This document shows, in pieces, positions 1-12,353 of a DNA stretch of 64,000 bases. The position numbers and the translations under genes are program-made. The DNA lies in the NCBI GenBank assembly GCA_964019335.1, contig OZ025726.1, positions 124,001 to 188,000 of the forward strand. The letters run 5' to 3'. Numbering within the stretch: the first letter of the stretch is position 1; each line of letters begins with the position of its first letter. Source of the DNA: Diplonema japonicum (taxonomy: Eukaryota; Protista; Euglenozoa: Diplonemea). The notes beneath the pieces were generated by a model, which ran no database searches, was not told the origin of the DNA, and saw nothing but the letters and a program-made list of their open reading frames with translations.

Positions 1-206
1 TCGCCGTACTCCGTTGTGAAGGCATAGAGGAGGATGATCGTCACCTGCAGCACAGCGAAGATGATCGCAACGCCCTTGCTTTTGGGGTCTTCGTCCACTG
101 ACGGGGCAAGGGAGTGTTTCGGGCTTGCAGCTGAGACCGGGGCCAAGGAACTGGCAGTCGGGGATTCATCCACTTGAACATTCGTAGCATCTGGGACAGT
201 GGCCAT
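1..206 (-). CDS. 5' part of a membrane protein, probably an Rh-family ammonium transporter (runs off the window)
   Basis: ATG at 206; open frame MATVPDATN...KGVAIIFAVLQVTIILLYAFTTEYG resembles the first TM helix of Rh proteins. Not in the ORF track. Confidence 0.5.
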   Translation of the reverse strand, partial: MATVPDATNVQVDESPTASSLAPVSAASPKHSLAPSVDEDPKSKGVAIIFAVLQVTIILLYAFTTEYG

Positions 207-515
207 GTGCTCTTTCATTTTCCCTTTGCTATGTAAGGTACTGTTGATGGAAGAAGAAGAAAAAAAAAAAAAAAAAAACAACCAGGTATCTTTTCCGAAG
301 ATCTGGCAGGCACACTGGAAGAAAATAAGAAACTGAAAAAGGGGGAGAAAGCAAGAAGGGAATGGGAAAACCCACGCGCGGCAAAAACTCCCAAAGAAAA
401 AAAAATAAAAGATTTCCCTTTTTTTTTTTTCTTTCTTATCAAATGCATTCAAAGTTCAGAAATCCGCAGCAGAGCCATTTATTTTAAAAGAAATGCTAAT
501 GCGTACGAGTGGGTG

Positions 516-554
<39 letters not shown>

Positions 555-1431
555 GGAAAAAAAATAGGGAAAAAGAAAAGAAAAATCAAATAACGTGGCC
601 CCCGGTCTATTTTTTTGTTTTTTCTTCCCTCATTTTCTCCTTGCGGTTATGAGTGGTCGGTCGTGAACTGACACTTATAATATGAGGGAGGGGGGGGCCA
701 TTCAAGGAACCATTCTGTTATTTTTGCTTCTTTTTTTTTTCTTTTTTCGACTTTTCTTTTTTTTTTTTTTTTTTTTATTTTTTACTTTCGTTTTTTTTTT
801 TTAATAATTTTTCTTTCCCTACTTTTTCTTAGTTTTTTTCTTCTTCCGGAGAAAAAAAAAAGGGAAAGGGAAAAGTTAGCATTTGTGTAACTACTATTTC
901 ATTTTCCTCCCATACCTCTCTTTTTTTTCCCGAAGGGAACATTTTTGACACAAAATCTCCTTCTTTTTTTCTATAACGGCAAGGGAGAACAAAATTCCTC
1001 TTGACTCATTACAAGAAAAAAAAGATTTTTTTTTTGAATCAAAACAAAACTAAAAAAAAAAAAAAAAAAAAAAAAAAATGGGGAAAAAAAAAGATGAAAT
1101 TAGTAGTACAACAAAAAAAAAAATGAAATGAACGGGGAAAAGAAAAAGAAAAAAAAAAGAAAAAAACACCACGTTCTCTTCCCTTTTTCCCTCCCATTTT
1201 CTCGAAGGGGAAAAAAAAAAAAGGGGGGAAATGAAAATAGTGACAAAGAAGAAGAAGAGAAAACAAGGGGGAGAATACAAAATAAATATATCCATCAACC
1301 CCCTCCAGTCCACACGCACTAAAAAAAAAAAAAAAAAAAAAAAAAAAATAGGAAAATGAGGACTTTTTTTTTTCCCCCTCTCTCTTTTTTTTTTTTTTTT
1401 GGTCAACAAAATAATTTTTTTTTTTTTGCCG

Positions 1432-1468
<37 letters not shown>

Positions 1469-1587
1469 GTGATGTCAGCGTATATGAGCTATTTTATAGG
1501 AAAAAATCCGCTCATGCGCAATTTTTTTTTCTCTTTTTTTTTCCCCCGACATTTTTTTTCTCTTTTTTTTCCTTCCTACTATGATAT

Positions 1588-3755
1588 TTAGTTGAAGCCC
1601 CAGCCGTACTCAGCCTTCGAGCCAAGCATCTCTTCAATACGGAGAAGCTGGTTGTACTTGGCAGTACGCTCACCACGGCAGGGAGCACCAGTCTTGATCT
1701 GACCGCACGCAAGCGCAACAGACAAATCGGCAATGTAAGTGTCCTCAGTCTCACCAGAACGGTGGGAAACCATAACGGTCCACCCGTTCTCTTTGCAAAG
1801 CTTCGCGGCGTCAAGAGCCTCGGTAATGGTACCGATCTGGTTGATCTTAAGAAGAAGCGAGTTGCACGAACCCTTCTCAACTGCCTGTTTAATGCACTTC
1901 ATGTTGGTAACGGTCAAGTCATCTCCCACAACCTGCGCCTTCCCCTTCAGTGCGGAAGTCAGAATGGGCCAAGACTCCCAGTCGTCCTCACCGAACGGGT
2001 CCTCAATTGAGATAAAGGGGTACTTCTCAACCCAGCTCTGGTACATCTCCGCCAGTTCCTTCCCTGTGATCAGCGTCCTGGTGTCGCCCTTGAAGGTAAG
2101 GTCGTACTTTCTCGCCTCCTCGTTCCACATTTCTGATGCTGCGCAGTCCATGCAGATCTTGATCTTACCCTCGTATCCTGCTTCCTTGATGGCCTCCACA
2201 AGAAGCTGGAGGGGTTCCTCACCACCACCACCGCCAATAGGGGGTGCGAACCCACCTTCGTCGCCAACGTTGACAGCGTCCTGTCCGTACTTCTTCTTGA
2301 GAAGGGACTTGAGCTTGTGGTAGATCTCGCAGCCCATTCTGAGCGCCTCGCTGAAATCCTTGGCGCCGACGGGCGCGATCATGTACTCCTGGAAGGGAAG
2401 CACGTTGCCCGCGTGGGATCCACCGTTGATAACGTTGAAGCACGGCACGGGGAGCTTCATCTTTTCGTTGCCCGCAAGCTGACCGAGGTACTGGGACAGC
2501 GGCACACCTTTGATGATGATATTTCAAAAAATAAAAAAAAAAAAAATTATATACCGGCGTTGACGGCGGCTGCCTTGCTGATGGCCATGGAGACGCCGAG
2601 GATGGCGTTGGCACCGAAGTTGCTCTTGTTGTCAGTGCCGTCGAGCTTCACCATGAGCTCGTCAAGGGTGCGCTGCTCCATGACGTTCTTGCCCACCAGG
2701 GCCTGGTCGAGCTGGGTCTTCACGGCGTGCACGGCCTGGGAAGCATGGTTGTCTCGTGTTGTTGGTGATATACCTCCTGGACACCCTTGCCAAGGTACCT
2801 GCTGGCATCGCCGTCCCTCTTCTCGCACGCTTCCCTCTTGCCTGTTGAGGCACCGCTGGGGACGATACTCCTGAACGCGCCGTTGGCGGTTGAGACTTCC
2901 ACCTTTTTTTTTTTTTTTTTTTTTTCCCCCAGGATATTCCTCCGGCTCCAAAAATTTCTTAAATAAATCCCCGACCCCCTTTTTTTGGGGGGGGGCTTAG
3001 CGAGAATAAGGTCAGGAGGCTTCAGGCATCTGCCCACTCGGAAAACGCCTGCTTCGCGTCATTGACCCGGTTAGAGAGTATGCCGACATAAACGATGTTG
3101 TGTCGGTGGTACCACCACCGTCAGCAACACCACCCAACCTACTATTTCGAATATGTAAGCATGTTGTCACAGGACCATCTGCATTGCCCCACCGGGCTTT
3201 ACCTCTTGGGAACATATGACTTAAATGAGGAGAAATCGACCAGTGCAAAGGGGTGTCCGCCACCAAACTCCTGACCGATGAATCCCCTAGAGTTGAGGCT
3301 TTCTTGAAAGAGGTTGGTTTGCTTTTTGAATTTTAATTTATTTTACGTGGGATGGGAGAGTTTCCTAGTAGAGTAAAGAATTGACAGAAGAAAGGGAAAG
3401 AGTGGAGAGAAAATGAAAGACAAAGATGATGGAGAATAAAAAAAAAATGACTGTTGATAGAAATGGGGGGAGAGTAAAGAGCCTCGAGTATTTTTCCCTA
3501 TTTAAAAAAAAAAAAAAAAAAGAGAGACATTTAAGGGTACCTGCGGTATGTGGCAGGACGCCTGAATTAAAAGCGTTAGGCTCATGAGCGAGACAAGAAA
3601 GGTGTCAAGTAAGGAAGAAAGAAAAGAAATGAAATGAATGAAAAAAAATCGGGCACCCCTTTTATTTATTTTTTTTTATAAAAAAATACCTCAACAGTGG
3701 GGTTACCACGCGAGTCTAGCACTTCGCGAGCGTGAAGCTTGGTGATGGTTGACAT
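1588..3755 (-). CDS. ENO: Enolase, 4 exons (3690-3755, 2774-2902, 2555-2735, 1588-2507)
   Basis: Motifs [52 protein letters not shown]. Splicing three GT-AG introns (787, 38, 47 nt) gives 432 uninterrupted codons. Confidence 0.97.
2995..3330 (+). mobile_element. Decayed 3' fragment of a non-LTR retrotransposon, antisense inside enolase intron 1
   Basis: Broken frames read [16 protein letters not shown] and [19 protein letters not shown], resembling C-termini of I/ingi-like ORFs. GC-balanced island in an otherwise homopolymeric intron. Confidence 0.4.
3525..3565. repeat. ~45-nt hairpin repeat, subfamily 1 (intronic copy)
   Basis: agacatttaagggtacctgcggtatgtggcaggacgcctga; near-identical to 40081-40121. 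Confidence 0.85.
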
Positions 3756-3815
3756 GGTGTTTTTTCTCTCTCTTTTTTTTTTGTCTGGGTTTTGTGTTTT
3801 TTTGTTTTTGGATCG

Positions 3816-3857
<42 letters not shown>

Positions 3858-4346
3858 TAAAGACAAAGGGTCCTGATGAAACTTTCGAGGGGAAGGGAGG
3901 GGGGAAAGAATAGCCATTAAGCTATACACTGTGCCACTTTTTTTCTCTTTTTTTTTTGTTGTCCGGGTCTTTCTTTGTTTTTTTTTTTCTCCCTCCCCCT
4001 CCCCCCCTCCACTTCCCCCCTTTTTATTATGGAAAACAAAAAAGGGAAAAGAGAAGAGGGGGGAAAAAAAGAGGGGCAAGGACGTGACAGCAGCGAAAAA
4101 AAAAAAAAAAAATCTCTGTTGCGGAAGGGCTTTTTGGTTTTTGTCGAACTAATCCAACGAGAATAATAAAAAAAAAAACACTTTTTTTTCTTGACCCCCT
4201 TTTTCTTCTCCAGCGTGGTGAGGCTTATGTGCCAACTATGTATTTTCTTTTTTCTTTTCGCGGCTTTTTTTTTTTCTTCTTCCTTCTGCGAAACAGGGAG
4301 GGAGGGGTGTTTTACAAAAAAAAAAAAAAAAAAAAGATTCTCCTGC

Positions 4347-6401
4347 TTATGCCTTGCTGGAGTAGACCTTCCCAGACAGCTCAGTCACCTTGCTGGACAG
4401 CTCCTGGAGCTCTGTGGACGAAGCGTCGTTGTTGCAGGCCATCTGGTTTTTTTTTTTTTTTTTTTTTTTTTTCTTTTTTTTTTTCCCCTCCCCTTCCTTT
4501 CTACATACCTCAAGGTCAGCCAAGGCCTTGTCGATCTGCTGCTTGAGCTCACCCTCAACATCTTGCTCCGAGACGTAGTTCCTTGTGGTCCTGACAAGCT
4601 CCTCCGCTTTGTTCTTCTGCTCCACCTTGAGGCGGTGCTCCTCGTCCTTGCCCTTGTTCTCCTCAGCCTCCCTGATCATGTTCTCGATCTCGGCTTCGCT
4701 CAACCCACCCCTGGACTGCACCTTGATGGACATGGTGTTCTTGGTCCCCTTGTCCATCGCCGTGACATGGATGATACCTGTGTTGTGGATTTTCAGTAGA
4801 ATTCAAAGCACACATACCGTTGCAGTCGATTTCGAATGTGATCTCGATCTGCGGTACACCCCTGGGGAGGGGGGGGAGCTTGTCCAGAGTGAAGTCCCCG
4901 AGGAGCTTGTTGTGAACAGCAAGCTCCCTCTCGCCCTGCAGCACCTTGATGTTGATCTGGCTGGTGTTGTCCTCGTTGGTGGTGTAGGTCCCCGACGCCT
5001 TGCAGGGGATGGCGGTGTTCTTCTTGATGATCCTCGAGAAGATCCCGCCCACGATCTCGGTACCAAGCGAGAGTGGTGTCACGTCCACAAGAACCAGACC
5101 CTTCACAGATCCGGAGATGACGGAGCCCTGGATGGCAGCGCCCATGGCGACCACCTCGTCGGGGTTCACACCCTTGTGGGGCTCCTTCTTGAACATCCTC
5201 CTCACGGTGTCGACGACCTTGGGTGTGCGGGTCATCCCGCCGACAAGGATCACCTGTGTGATGTCGCTTGTCTTCAGCCCTGCGTCCCTGAGGCATGTCC
5301 TGCACGGGTCCACGCACCTGTTGATCAGAACGTCGGTGATCTTCTCGAACTCCTCCCTTGAGAGCTCGTACTCGAAATGCTTGGGGACACCGTCCTGCAC
5401 CGAGATGTACGGGAGCTCCACAACCGTGCTGCTCACGTGGTCCAGCTCCTTCTTAGCCTTCTCGGAAGCCTCACGCAGCCTCTGGATGGCCACAATGTCC
5501 TTCGACAGGTCAACGCCCTCCTTCTGCTTGAAGGCTTCCATGAACCTTGCCAGCAGCGCCTCGTCGATGTCCTCACCGCCGAGGAAGGTGTCGCCGTTAG
5601 TGGCCTTCACTTCGAACACCCCGCCCTTGATCTCAAGGATGGAGATGTCGAAGGTACCACCACCAAGGTCGAAGACAGCGATGGTGTTCTCGCCGTCCTT
5701 GTCCATTCCGTAGCTGAGGGCAGCCGCGGTGGGCTCGTTGATGATACGCGAGATTTCCATGCCTGCGATCCTGCCTGCGTGCTGGGTAGCCTGTCGCTGT
5801 TGGTCGTTGAAGTAAGCGGGCACAGTGACGACAGCCTTCTCGATCTTCTTTCCGAGTTTAGCTTCGGCGGTCTCCTTCATCTTGGTGAGGACGTGCGAGG
5901 CGATGGCAGAGGGAGCGTACTTCTCCCCGCTGGTGGTTGCCACCCAAGCGTCACCGTTCTCAGCCTCCACAATGGAGTAGGGCACGGACTGTGGGCGTTG
6001 CTTAAAGAGGGTTTTTATCATACCGCTTTAGCCTTGTCGATGGTGGGGTCAGCGAACCGCCTGCCGATAAGCCTCTTCACGGCGTAGAAGGTGTTGGCGG
6101 GGTTGGTGACAGCCTGCCTTCTGGCAGGGCCACCGCAGAGGAGCTGGCCGTCTTTCGCGACTGCGACCACACTGGGGGTGGTCCTGTTGCCTTCGCTGTT
6201 CTCGCACACCTCAACATTGTCCCCTTGCTGTGTGTGAAGGGTAAAAAAAAAAAATAAAAACAAAAACAAGAAAACTCATACCATCACACTCACGCACGAG
6301 TTTGTGGTGCCCAGATCGATACCCACAATCGTCTCATGGTTGAACCTCCTCGCCCCGCTGCATGCGGTTTTCCCTGCCTGTTGCACGAACCTCCTCAACA
6401 T
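4347..6401 (-). CDS. mtHSP70: Mitochondrial HSP70 (DnaK-type), 5 exons
   Basis: MLRRF presequence, [38 protein letters not shown]. Introns 6228-6281, 5989-6023, 4778-4817, 4443-4508 give 620 codons. Confidence 0.96.
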
Positions 6402-6863
6402 CTTAGTGATCTTTTTTTGGTGGGGGGGTGTAGAAGCGTACAAGTAAAAAAAGTTTTTTTCATTCATACTTTTCAACCCGAAATATAAAAAAAAGGGGGT
6501 TCGAACAAGGGAAATGATAGTTGAGGAAAAAAAAAAAGTTTTTTTTTTTTGTCAGCCTTGCTCCGTCCTCTTTTCTCCCGTTCCTTCTTCCTTGTCAAAA
6601 ATTTCACATTGAGAGGCGGGTAAAAAAAAAAAAGTAACTTACACGGGTGCGGGCAGGAGACTGCCCCCCCCTCCGAGGGTAAGGTGTAACAGAGAACAAA
6701 AACGGAAAGAAAACAAACAAAAGAAATTCGTAAGTAGGGAAGGGGGAAATCGCGAAGATGGAAAAAACGCTATAATAATAATAATAAATAAAAAAATAAA
6801 TTTGACCTCTAGCTCCCGTGATATTGTCCGGAACACCTTGGAAAGGGCAAAAAAAAAAAAAAT

Positions 6864-6910
6864 AAAGATGTCTTTGAAGGGAACCTGCAGTATGTGACAG
6901 GATCGCCTAA
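6864..6910. repeat. ~45-nt hairpin repeat, subfamily 2
   Basis: aaagatgtctttgaagggaacctgcagtatgtgacaggatcgcctaa; matches 31187-31224 and 53724-53778. Confidence 0.85.
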
Positions 6911-7035
6911 AAAAAAAAAAAAAGAAAGAAAAGCCGAGGGTCCTCCAAGTGACACAACAGTGGACGCAAATATCGCGGGCGCAGCAGGGCTTCTAAGATT
7001 TTCTAAAAAAAATTCAAAAGAAAATAAGTAGAGCG

Positions 7036-7727
7036 CTACTTGTTTAGCTGGTTGTGCAGCAACTGCGCTTTCTTGGCAGAGAGCTTAGAATCGTGAACTT
7101 TGGTGGCCTGTTTTTTTTTTTTTTTTTTTCCCTTCTTTTTTTTTTTTAAACCATCTACCAACGAGCGTCTTTATAGAGACGATTTGAAAAAAAATCTTTT
7201 GCGCAAAGGGCTTTCAATGCAATACAGCCCGGCCACTTCTCGCATCCGGGGTCCTGCGCGGAAAATATGAAAAATATAAACTAAATGCTGCCCTAACTTT
7301 TTTGCAAGAAAATGAAAAAATAAAAAAAAAAAACGCCAGCCCAAATTTACCCTTAAAAATCACTTCAAAAAAGGGCACCCAGAAAGAGGCCGGAAGAGGA
7401 CATTATGAGTGATGGCAGCACTGATGGCTCATCCCTAATATGCAACTTTGATACAGACAGCTTTGAAAATTTACCCCCTGGTGGGCAAAAATGGTCCGTT
7501 GGTAGATGGTTAAAAGACCTTTTCGAACTCATCTTCAAGTTCAATCTCTTGTCCCATTTCGTGGGCCCTCAGCTCACTGTCGTACTCGCCTTGTAGCTTC
7601 GCAGCTTTGTTAGATTTTTTTTTTTTTTTTTTCTATTTCTCTTTTTCGCTTCTTCTTTTCACGGGCCTTGCATACCAAGAGCTTCATCATGCTCGAACTG
7701 TTCTACTTGGGCGACAGCGTTGGCCAT
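7036..7727 (-). CDS. Small 69-aa protein, 3 exons (7676-7727, 7519-7604, 7036-7107)
   Basis: The spliced frame is exactly 210 nt: MANAVAQVEQFEHDEALAAKLQGEYDSELRAHEMGQEIELEDEFEKATKVHDSKLSAKKAQLLHNQLNK*. Both introns are GT-AG. Confidence 0.75.
7151..7509. mobile_element. piggyBac-type MITE (359 bp) inside intron 2 of the small gene
   Basis: Perfect 13-bp TIRs CCATCTACCAACG (7151-7163) and CGTTGGTAGATGG (7497-7509); flanks TAAA and TTAA. Confidence 0.8.
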
Positions 7728-8398
7728 TGTGGTGTCTTTGTTCTTTTTTTCTTTTTTTTTATGAAAATGAAGGAACAGAAAGCGGGGGGGAATATTCGAG
7801 AAAGGAAGAAAAAAAAAAAAGTGAGAGAGGGAATGAATGAATGGCTTGTGGTACTGTCAGTAGTTTCTCTGAAACTGACGAAAAGAGGTAATGCTTATCT
7901 CAGGAGAGTGCAGCCCCCCCCGGTTTTAAAACATTTGTTGTTGAACTATATATTATTTTTCAAAAAAAAAAATAGAACAAAACATTTGAAACTCGTCGTT
8001 TTATTTATACTCTTTTTCGCACAAAGGATCTACGACAAGGTTCTAGTTTTCATTTTTTTTTTCTTCTTTTTTGCTATTGAAATTTTTCATTAGACATAAA
8101 AAAAAAAAAATAACTCCTTATGACTATAGTCGCACGAGCAAAAAAAAAAAAAAAAAAAAATCTTAAAAAAAGTTGCGAAAAGTTATTCTGCTCGGCACAA
8201 GTTGCATATAGTTATAAAAAAAACTTTTTTTTTTTCTGAAAAGAATATTTGTAACAATAATTTAAAAAAAAAAAAAAAGCCGCCACACCGATCGCTAGGC
8301 AATGCCAAGGTTAGGGGTAAAATAAAAAAAAATAAAAATGTTTCTCATATTGCAGCGATCAGTCATCCGTCTTTTTTTCTTTTTTATCTCTCTCAATC

Positions 8399-9040
8399 TC
8401 AGCCCTTCTTCACATCTGGGGTAGCAACGCTCACCATCTTCCATGAAGCCTTCTTCTCATCATCATGTGTACAGGTGTAGCGAACCGTGCAGCAGTAGCT
8501 AGTGGCCACCCTGCGGCCGAATTTATAGTTGTGGTAGCCAATTCCTTCACGGTGTGTCACGACGATGGCGGTGTGGCCGTGGGGGGTTTTCCCCACAATT
8601 CTGTCCAGCGCATCGTCAAAAGAGTCAGTTAGTGCGCCTACATGTTTAGAGTGGGGGAGTACTTTATCCCTTGTTGCCTCACTAAACCTCGCTGATCCAG
8701 GATTTGCTAGCATCAAGTTGGGAACTCCTATGCGGCGTGCAGCTGCTGCACAGGCGAACAGCCCGGGTGCAATCCGCATTTCCTGGATGCCCAGCACTTC
8801 GCCCAGCTCTGCCGCCGTTGCCAGGGTCCTCACGGACGGGCTTGCATACAGCTTCACATTCCCCGTTTCATCAAGCATGTCCTTGATTATCTCCCCCGCC
8901 CCCTTCGCCTGCAGCCTCCCCCTCTCCGTCAAGGGCGGGTCGTGTTGCGTGTCGTTCGTCAGAACCTTTATCCACTCCCTGAAGTCCGCCTCATCAAGCC
9001 TCTCACCATGTCTCACAAGAAGCACATTGCACGTCTTCGG

Positions 9041-9043
<3 letters not shown>
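8399..9043 (-). CDS. Histidine phosphatase / phosphoglycerate mutase family protein
   Basis: RHGERLD, DPPLTERG, ASPSVRT, VVTH motifs; ATG follows a poly(A) run. Confidence 0.88.
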
Positions 9044-9081
<38 letters not shown>

Positions 9082-9144
9082 CCCCCGGGAGTTCCCTTTT
9101 TTTTTTTCCCGACACAGAAAAAAAAGAGAGGGGGGAAAAAAAAA

Positions 9145-10752
9145 TTACTCCGGCCACTGCAGGGTAAATCTCTTCCGCCGCAAGTTGAAGTCGATGTCCG
9201 CTTCCTTGTTCTCGAAAGTGCGGACGGTGTGGACGGCATGCAGCTCGGATGTTATTGCGAGCGTGTCAAAGAGGGCCTTGCCCCTGTCGCGCTCCGAGAG
9301 CTGTCCCAGGTACATATCCATCGTCACACTGGGGTGTGCAGGTATCAAATCAGGCTCCACTGCAGCGTCCGTCTTCAGTGACGGGATGGCTAGCACCTCT
9401 TCTGCGTTGCCGCAACTTGCAGCAACAGGCGGGACCACTTCCACGCCGTGCTCCTCAGCAGCGTTCATCACTTGCAAGGATCCCGTCACCACCTTCACGG
9501 TAGCATCTGTCATGAGGGCGATGCCCTTTGCCGCTGGGACTATGCGCCATTCGCATTCGGTTCCCACTGCCAGTTTACTGTCCATCACCACACTCACTTC
9601 CTCAGCAGCTCGTAGGACTCTGATCCTGTCACTCTGCATCGCCTTTAAGATGTCTTGCGCTGTATTCTGCTCGTCCTGATCCTCCCCTCCTACCATCTCC
9701 ACCAATGACACCGCTGTGCTGTACAGCACCACGCAGACGGTGTCCGTTGGGAACCCTATCCTCTGGAATGTCAGCAGCCCTGTCAGGGACACAATGTGCA
9801 CAATGCTGTGCGTGCCCAGCCATTCTTCAAGAGGGACAGCATGCTTCGACACAGGGCCGCGTTCGTAAAGCTGGGCCACGGCGACAGCCACGTCACGACC
9901 GCCTAAGGTTGGGCAGCAGCCGCACAATATTCTCCACAAGGGAGGCCATGGAACGAGCTCCGGTCTAGGACGGCGTGTTGCCAAATGGCGTATCACGTGC
10001 AACAGCTTCGCAGGTTGATCGCAGTACTGCATGCCCGTGATGAAGTCTGTTGTGTTCGCTGAGATGGAGCGACCGTCGGCTAAGGTCTTGCCAGTCATGA
10101 AGGCAGAGCAGAGGACGAGGGCAGGGTTTGCCTTGGGTGTGGCGTATCGCACGATGACGTCGTGCTTGTTGTTCTTGAGGAGACAGAGGAAGAAATAGCG
10201 CTCGATGACATTGGAACGAAAGGCAGGCATTCTAGCAGTAAGGACGCGCTCCAGCGCACCGTGGTTGGCAGTGTCGTAGAAGGCAAGGGAGACGGAGGAA
10301 TCGAGTGAGAGGGACATCTTCTCGTGGGTGGGAAGTTGGGGGTAGATGGTGTGGAAGATGTGGTACGCGCGTACAGCTAGCTCTGGGCACCCCATAAGCG
10401 CGAGGAGCTGCACGGCTGGCACGCAGCACACCATGCAGCTGAGGGGAAGTGAAAGTCCTGTCTGTATACTTTTATGTATGACTTTGAACGTCGTGAGCAT
10501 CATCTGGAAAACTGCCTTCCCCAATGCCCTGTCTTCGACTGCTGACTCCTTACACGCTGTCAGTGCCTCCCGCAGTACTCTTTCGTGTCTCCCTGTGAGT
10601 TTCGCCCTCTCAAAATGCACAGTGGTCATCAGCCCATCCACCCTTCCTAGCCTGTTTACTGCATTCCGCAGGTTTTCCTTATTAGGGGTTTCCACAATCT
10701 GGATGGCGCGCCGCCGCATCTGGGCTTTTTGTGCCCCCCATGCTTTTAGCAT
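9145..10752 (-). CDS. Hypothetical protein (535 aa)
   Basis: Long ORF with coding-like composition; no recognised motif. Confidence 0.75.
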   Translation of the reverse strand: MLKAWGAQKAQMRRRAIQIVETPNKENLRNAVNRLGRVDGLMTTVHFERAKLTGRHERVLREALTACKESAVEDRALGKAVFQMMLTTFKVIHKSIQTGLSLPLSCMVCCVPAVQLLALMGCPELAVRAYHIFHTIYPQLPTHEKMSLSLDSSVSLAFYDTANHGALERVLTARMPAFRSNVIERYFFLCLLKNNKHDVIVRYATPKANPALVLCSAFMTGKTLADGRSISANTTDFITGMQYCDQPAKLLHVIRHLATRRPRPELVPWPPLWRILCGCCPTLGGRDVAVAVAQLYERGPVSKHAVPLEEWLGTHSIVHIVSLTGLLTFQRIGFPTDTVCVVLYSTAVSLVEMVGGEDQDEQNTAQDILKAMQSDRIRVLRAAEEVSVVMDSKLAVGTECEWRIVPAAKGIALMTDATVKVVTGSLQVMNAAEEHGVEVVPPVAASCGNAEEVLAIPSLKTDAAVEPDLIPAHPSVTMDMYLGQLSERDRGKALFDTLAITSELHAVHTVRTFENKEADIDFNLRRKRFTLQWPE

Positions 10753-10920
10753 GGTGCTGTGAGAGTTGTGGTCCAGAGCAACAACAAGAGAAAAAAAAAG
10801 GGGGGGAGGAAAGGGAGAAAAGAGGAAACAAAATATTTCTTACAAAAAAAAATATAAATCTACGTAGGAGAAAAAAAAATACAACAAAAATATATCCCCC
10901 CCCCCTCCCCCATATTCACA

Positions 10921-11909
10921 TCACACCCTTCGCTGCCGCTGTCTATAGTTCTCTAGCTTTGCCATTATCTCGGGATTGGTGGTATTGGCAAGGACGCGGG
11001 GGGCGAGGTCGGGTGGGCGGGACGCCTGCACCTCGATCTTTGCAGTGTCCGCGGCTGCCTCAGCAAACAGTGGGTCGTAGATTTTGTGCACGTCAGGAGG
11101 GTGGTGAGAAGGCCCACGAGAGGCTGCTCTGGAGCCCAACCGTGGCCCATGCTGCTGCTGGATAAGTTGGTTGATGTTGTTTTTGAAAGCTCGGTTCTCC
11201 TTCTCCAGCGCCTGCACCATTACGTCCTTTTGCGCAATCTCCTCATTCGCACTCTCCAAGTTCAAACGGAATGTCTCGAGCTATGATTATGTTTTGCCCC
11301 CTTAAAAAGAAAGAAAAAAAAACATACCTGTGTCTGAAGCCCCCTGAACTGTTCCACACGGGTTTTCAGTTCCATTTGAAGTTCATCCATCTTGTCCCGT
11401 GTCTGTTCTGCTTGGAGTTTCAAATCTATATCCGAAGATCTGGAAAATATATAATTAAATCGTTTTTGAAAAACGCTCACATACCCTTCGATAGTAATTT
11501 TATCCACCAAGATAGCTATTCTTTCGTCTTTTTCTTGAAGCGCGTGTCTCAAAGATGCCGTTTCGCTCGTGAGGTTAGCGATGTGTTCCTGGTGTGCCCG
11601 TGACTCTACCTGGTGGGCAAGCTGTTGTTCTTCCAAAGACTTGGCTTCTCGTGAAATCAACTCTTGCTGTTTCTTTTGAAACTCCAGCGCCATCCCTTGA
11701 AGATGGCCCAACTCCCTGCGGAACTCTGCATTTTCTACTTGCAAACCAGATAGTCTTCCATTTTCTTCCTCCAGGGCCTTCGCAGCTTGTTGGCTCCGTG
11801 CTAACTTCTCCTTGCACTCTCTTAGGGACAAGTGTAGTTTATCCAACGTCTCGGTCTGCCGTTGTATAGTTAGTATAAGCCTTGTTCGGTCTGTGGGTTC
11901 GGCTTCCAT
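10921..11909 (-). CDS. Coiled-coil protein, 3 exons
   Basis: MEAEPTDR start; GTATGT...AG introns at 11440-11484 and 11281-11327 join the track ORFs; heptad E/K/Q/L-rich. Confidence 0.8.
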
Positions 11910-12353
11910 GTTCTTTTCTTCGTCCTTCCCTGGAAGTTTTCTTTTTTTTTTTCTTCCGAGGGGGAAAAAAAAAGTGAATGAAGTATAGAAAACAGGGGGA
12001 GGGGGGCACGGGGAGAAAAAAAAAGGGGGGGGGGAAACAAAATAGGGAAATACATACAGGAGATAAGGAGGGGAGGGGAAAAGCAGGGTACTACAATGAG
12101 AGGGGGTAAAAAAAAAAAAGAAAAAAAAATCACTGTATAAATGGTGGGTGAAAGAATTCGCAAAAAAAAAAAAAAAAAAAAAAAAAATCCACCAAAAGAA
12201 ACAAGGGGGACAACACACTATTCTTCCCCTACCCCCACCCCCTCTCTCTCTCTCTTCTTCATCGTTGTTCCTATTCCAAGAAAGACGAGTACGCCTGAAT
12301 TTAAAAAAAATTTTTTTTTTTTTTTTAGATTTTTCCCCGTTCATTCTCATGTT

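Noticed and set aside
215-1584. Poly-Lys/poly-Phe ORFs here and throughout the spacers
   Set aside because: These are translations of A/T homopolymer runs with no coding signal. Poly-Lys stretches inside real genes are introns.
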